Shown here: positions 59,791 to 64,000 of the stretch, one piece after another
How positions within the stretch are numbered: the first letter of the stretch is position 1
Layout: the number at the start of each line of letters is the position of its first letter
Origin: Phaeosaccion multiseriatum
Lineage: Eukaryota; Protista; Ochrophyta, other classes
NCBI GenBank assembly: GCA_965112735.1
Contig: OZ218962.1
Coordinates: 434,001-498,000, forward strand
Direction: 5' to 3'
DNA length: 64,000 bases
The notes under the pieces: model-generated
What the model was told of the DNA's origin: nothing
Seen by the model: only the letters and a program-made list of their open reading frames with translations
Databases searched by the model: none
Made by a program: the position numbers and the translations under genes

Positions 59791-62342
59791 GAACAACAAC
59801 AACAACAACTACAACACCAGCTCCAACTACAACCGCAACAACAACAAGAAGGCAGAGAAGGAGGCGGAATAGGAGAAGTAGGCGGAGGAGGAGGAGGAGG
59901 AGGAGGAGGAGGAGGAGAGCGAGGAGAAGAAGGAGGAGCAGGAGGAGGAGGAGGAGGAGGAGGAGCACGAGAAGAAGAACAAGAACAACAAGAAAGAGCA
60001 GCAGCAGGAGGAGGAGACGGAGGAGGGGAAGCATCAGCAACAGCAAGAGGAGGAGGAGCAGCAGCGGGAGGAGGGGGAGGAGAAGGAGGGGGTGTTGTGG
60101 GCAGAGTGGGGGTGGAGAGTGTCTTCTCGTCCACCAGTAGCGCCGACGGCGGCTTCAGTCCTCCTGTGTCCTTCGAAAGACTGCCGTTGCGTGGGGAGAG
60201 GGGCTACTCGGGACTGCAGGAGGGCAGAGAGTCGGTGGTCTCTCCATCGTCAGTGGTACCGATCCCTCTCGCCTCGCCTGTTGTAGCCGCCCTTTCCGAG
60301 GTGCACGACGCGAAGGAGCATGGAGAGGAGGACAGGGAGGAGGAGGAGGAGGAGGAGGAGGAGGAGGAGGAGGAGGAGGAGGAGGAGGAGGAGGAGGAGG
60401 AGGAGGAGGAGGGGGAGGAGCAGGAGGAGGAGGAGAGGAAAGGAGAGGAGGAGATTAGGAAGCCGCAGGACCAGCAACAACAGGAGTTTGTATCGCAGCA
60501 GCCGAAGGATGAGGAGGGGGGGGGGGAAGAGAAGGCGGAGGAGGAGCAGGCGAAGGAGGTACAGGAACAGCCGCGGCATTTGGTGGTACAGCAGGAGGCA
60601 GAGGCAGAGGACCGGGAAGAGACGGAAGCGCAGCAGCCGGAGAAGGAGGTACAGGAGCAGCAGTTGGCAATGCAGGAGCAGCAGTTGGCAATGCAGGAGC
60701 AGACAGAGGCGTGGGAGGGGGAAGAGAACTCAGAGGAGCAGCACAACAAGGCGGTGCACGAGCAGGACCAGCAGCAGCAGGAGGGGGAGGGGGCGGAGGA
60801 GGGGGAAGAGAAGGAAGCGAAGCAGCCGGAGAAGGAGGTACAGGACCAAGGGTTGGTGATAGAGCTGCAGCAGACAGAGGCGGAGGAGGAGGAAGAGAAT
60901 GAAGAGCAGCAGGAGCAGAAGCAGCGAGAGGCGGAGGAGGGGAAAGAGAAGGAAGGGCGGCAGAAGGAGCAGCGGCAGAAGCAGCAGCAGGACCACGACG
61001 ATGACGAGGAGGAGGAGGAGGGGCAACAGGAGAAGGAGGCAAAGGAGCAGCAGCATCATTTGGTGATACAGCAGCAGGCAGAAGCGGGGGGGGAGATGGA
61101 GAAGGGAGCGCAGCAACAGAACGAGCAGTTGGTAATACCGCAGCAGCAAGAGGGAGGGGAGGGGGAGCAAGGGGAAGGGGGAGGAGAGCAAGAGGGCGAC
61201 CAAGAGGTAATTCACACTGGAGAGTGTGAAGAGGGCATTCGGGGGGGCGCTGACCATGGTGGCTGTAGTGACGGCCCTACAGGCATGGGAAGTGAGGAGG
61301 GTGCGGAGGGCGGGGAGGAGGGGAAGGAGGAGGAGGAGGAGGAGGAGGGGGAGGAGAAGCAGGGGCAGGAGAAGGAGGAGGAGGAGGAGGAGGAGGAGGA
61401 GTGGGAGAAGAAGGAGCAGAAGAAGGAGGAAGAGTGGGAGAAGAAGGAGAGGGAGGAGGAGGGGGAGGGGAGGGAGGCGTCTCTTGGCCCGATGCCGTGG
61501 GAGGAGGACGACGGAGGAGAGGGGGAGGGGCTGGCAGGGGACGATGACGATGAGAGGGAGTGGGGCTGTTCGTTAGAGAAGCGGCTCTTTCCCAAGTACG
61601 CAACCGCACACGCCATCTTGTCGCCCTACATTAGTAAGCTCTCTCTCGGCCACAGCCACGGCAACAGCGGGGTGTACGGGGTGTCAGGAGCAGCAGGGGC
61701 AGCAGGGGCAGCAGGGGCAGGAGGAGGGATGGCAGGGAGTGGGGGAGGCATGTCATGGCGAGGGGGGAGGCCGCCAAACGGGATGAAGGGCAGCGGCTCG
61801 CACGGGGCCTCGCTGAACGCCTCTCTGGCGGATAAGGTGCGATGGAGAGGGGTTTTGGGTTTGTGTTGGTTTATTGTTAGATGGTTTGTTGGTTAGTTGG
61901 TCACTTCCATCAGCGATTGGGGGGTGAGACTGACTACGCGGAAACGTGGGGTTTGGGTTGGCTTGGGATTTGAGCTTGGAGGCCGTGTGTGAGAGTGAGT
62001 AACTGAGGGGGTAAGGGGAGGGCATTTGTACAGTGGTGTCAGGAGGTGCCTCATAGGTGTCTCAGGAGGAAAGTCAATAGGTGTCAGGTGATGGGTTGGA
62101 GGGCATCAATCACTCGTATCAGGTGTCTCATGTTAGGGCCTTCCACCCCTTCCCGCGTGTGCCCATCCACCCGCGTTGCTGCCTTACCCCCACCCCCACT
62201 CACTCACGCCCTCCCGTCCTCCCTTCTTGTCGGCCACAGCTGACCTTCCTAGTGGGGTGCGTGCGCACGAACGCGGAGCACCAACCCGGCCACCGCAGGG
62301 GAGACAGGGGGCGGACTATGCCCGGTGCGAGAGCATCAGTAT

Positions 62343-62373
<31 letters not shown>

Positions 62374-63273
62374 AGCAGCAACAGCAGCTTCGCGGCGGTA
62401 CTCGTCTTCTACTTCCTCCTCTTCTGCTTCTCGATCACGGCAGCAGCCCCCCCAGAGAGCTACCACCACCACTCACAGATCGACAACCAATACGCGCAGC
62501 AGCAACAGCGGCCACAACAAGAGCAGCTCCACATCCGTGCAAGCTCGAACAGTGAGAGGTAGGACAGAGACAGAGACACAAGAGAGAGAGCGCGCACTTC
62601 ACCTTTGCTTGACGTGGCTAATGTGAATGGATCGTCGTGGGAAGTTGTCTTTGTTTTTAGAAATGCATCGTAGATTCCCCTCCCCCACTCCCCCCCTTCC
62701 CCTTTACTCCACTTGTTTGTGATTGATGACCCATCCGCTCCTGTATTCGTCGTCTCATCTATACCTACTTACTCGCTTCATTCATTGCTTGACTGTGTGC
62801 CCCGCGCTCACTTCACAGGACGAAGAAGCTCGGAGATCGTGCGGCCGTCGGCCATCGCGGATCGCAGCAGAGGGTTCACTCCGCGGAGCCACTCCCCCAT
62901 GCAACGGGCGTCGGCAAGGGCGGGTGCGGCCCACTATCCCGTGCATTCCCCCTCTTCATCGGTAGGTAGCTCGAGCGCTACTAGCGCCACCATCAGTTGT
63001 GGTAGGAGGAGGAGAAGGACAGAGGCAGCAGGCGGTGGAACAGGTGGTGGGGGAGTTGGTGATACAGCAGCAGGAGGAGGAGGAGTGATGCAGACGAGGA
63101 GAAGCAGAGTCGGGAGCGGCGGCAGCTCCGTCGGGAGTGGTAGCAGTTCCGTCAGTGGGGGCGACAGGTGGGAGAAGGCTGCGAGAAAGGGAGCAGTTGG
63201 TGATACACGTGGCCGCCCTTCCTCTATTCAGCGCCCTACGCCCACTAAGAGGCAGGGAGGATTACCGGATTAG
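58717..63273 (+). CDS. SAP-domain protein with a long E/Q/G-rich disordered region
   Basis: 'EMDVRQLKAACKRLSLPTNGLKEDLRKRL' fits the SAP consensus. There is a donor at ~61837 and probable downstream exons at ~62241-62558 and ~62819-63273. Confidence 0.72.
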
Positions 63274-63580
63274 CAGCGCAATACATGTGAAAGCTACACC
63301 TACACACTGTAATGGGTAATAGAATAATAGAGGCAAGACGTACCCCCCTCCGAGAGGAAGAAGAGAGTGCGGCACGATGAAACTCACAACTGGCACCCAT
63401 TCGTAATGAACTGCCACTGGAAACTGACCCTCGTCAGCAGGGACAGAATCAGGGACACCAAAGACAACACAGAGAGAGACAAAGAGAGCACAGAGAGAGA
63501 GAGATGAACTAAGCATATATAGATACAAAGAGAGCGAGAGCGCGTGGAAAGACAAAGAGGGAGAGAGGAGAGAGAAAACG

Positions 63581-64000
63581 ATGTTTGTGTCGGCTGCACG
63601 AGGTTTGTTCCGCCGCCCTGCAGCAGCTGCCTACATTCCCTCGGGAAGGGCTCTGTCCACCGCAGCAGCGCCCAAAGTGGTCGTCTTCGGAGGCAACGGT
63701 TTCGTCGGGCAGCGCGCAGTGAGGTGGGTATGACCCCGCTTGGTCCCTTGTTCCCCCAGCCTCTTCTCACTCTGCTCTTGGCCTCCCTCCAAAAGGTACC
63801 TCTTAAACAAAGGGTGCAGCGTGGTGAGCATCAACAGGTCAGGCCAGCCCAGCGGGAAGGGGGGGGTAGACGGCTGGACAAAGCACCCCAACCTCCAATG
63901 GGTAGCCGCTGATGTATTCGAGCCAGAGACATACGCCAGTGAGCTAACTGGGGCTTCAGGTGCAATTCACGCCATCGGAGCATTCGGCAACAACGACTTC
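63581..64000 (+). CDS. Atypical SDR / NAD(P)-binding Rossmann protein (Coq11-like), probably mitochondrial; 3' truncated by the window
   Basis: 'MFVSAARGLFRRP...KVVVFGGNGFVGQRAVR|YLLNKGCSVVSINRSGQP...WVAADVFEPETY...AIHAIGAFG'. One intron at ~63724-63796. Confidence 0.85.

Larger units (their letters stand above)
1258..63207. repeat. Dispersed short DNA word GCAGTTGGTGATACAGC / GCTGTATCACCAACTGC
   Basis: Exact 10-mer cores found by eye near 14908, 15252, 25048, 25881, 32740, 33087, 35117, 35897, 36443, 37520, 38365, 49714, 52690, 57733, 61060, 63057 and 63197, plus more than 12 one- or two-mismatch variants. Confidence 0.9.

Overview
This is gene-dense, intron-rich, microsatellite-rich eukaryotic nuclear DNA. 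It is most likely from a photosynthetic stramenopile (ochrophyte; possibly eustigmatophyte-like), inferred from a bipartite signal + 'AEA-F' plastid leader on FtsH, GT-AG introns and (CCCT)n/(GT)n/(GA)n intron fill. About 17 protein genes can be reconstructed. In order: a spliced NADAR-FHA-RRM fusion, an ankyrin-repeat protein, an intronless COG0523/CobW GTPase, CSN6, NAE1, a KH-like gene plus a decayed tandem copy carrying a ~280-unit GAA expansion, a secreted 8-Cys repeat protein, AP-3 mu, a low-complexity protein with an internal duplication, a giant disordered protein with repeated W-rich modules, a bacterial-looking intronless ICMT/PEMT-type methyltransferase, EAPP, a BMT5/DUF2431 rRNA methyltransferase, plastid FtsH, a membrane kelch protein, a SAP-domain protein and the start of a Coq11-like SDR. 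The most unusual signal is a dispersed DNA word, CAG-TTGGTGATA-CAG. I counted by eye 17 exact GTATCACCAA/TTGGTGATAC copies and about 30 including variants. It occurs on both strands, in introns, and in exons of several unrelated genes in different reading frames. No rRNA, tRNA, CRISPR array or transposase was recognised. Gene models were built by eye and family calls come from motif recognition, not database searches.
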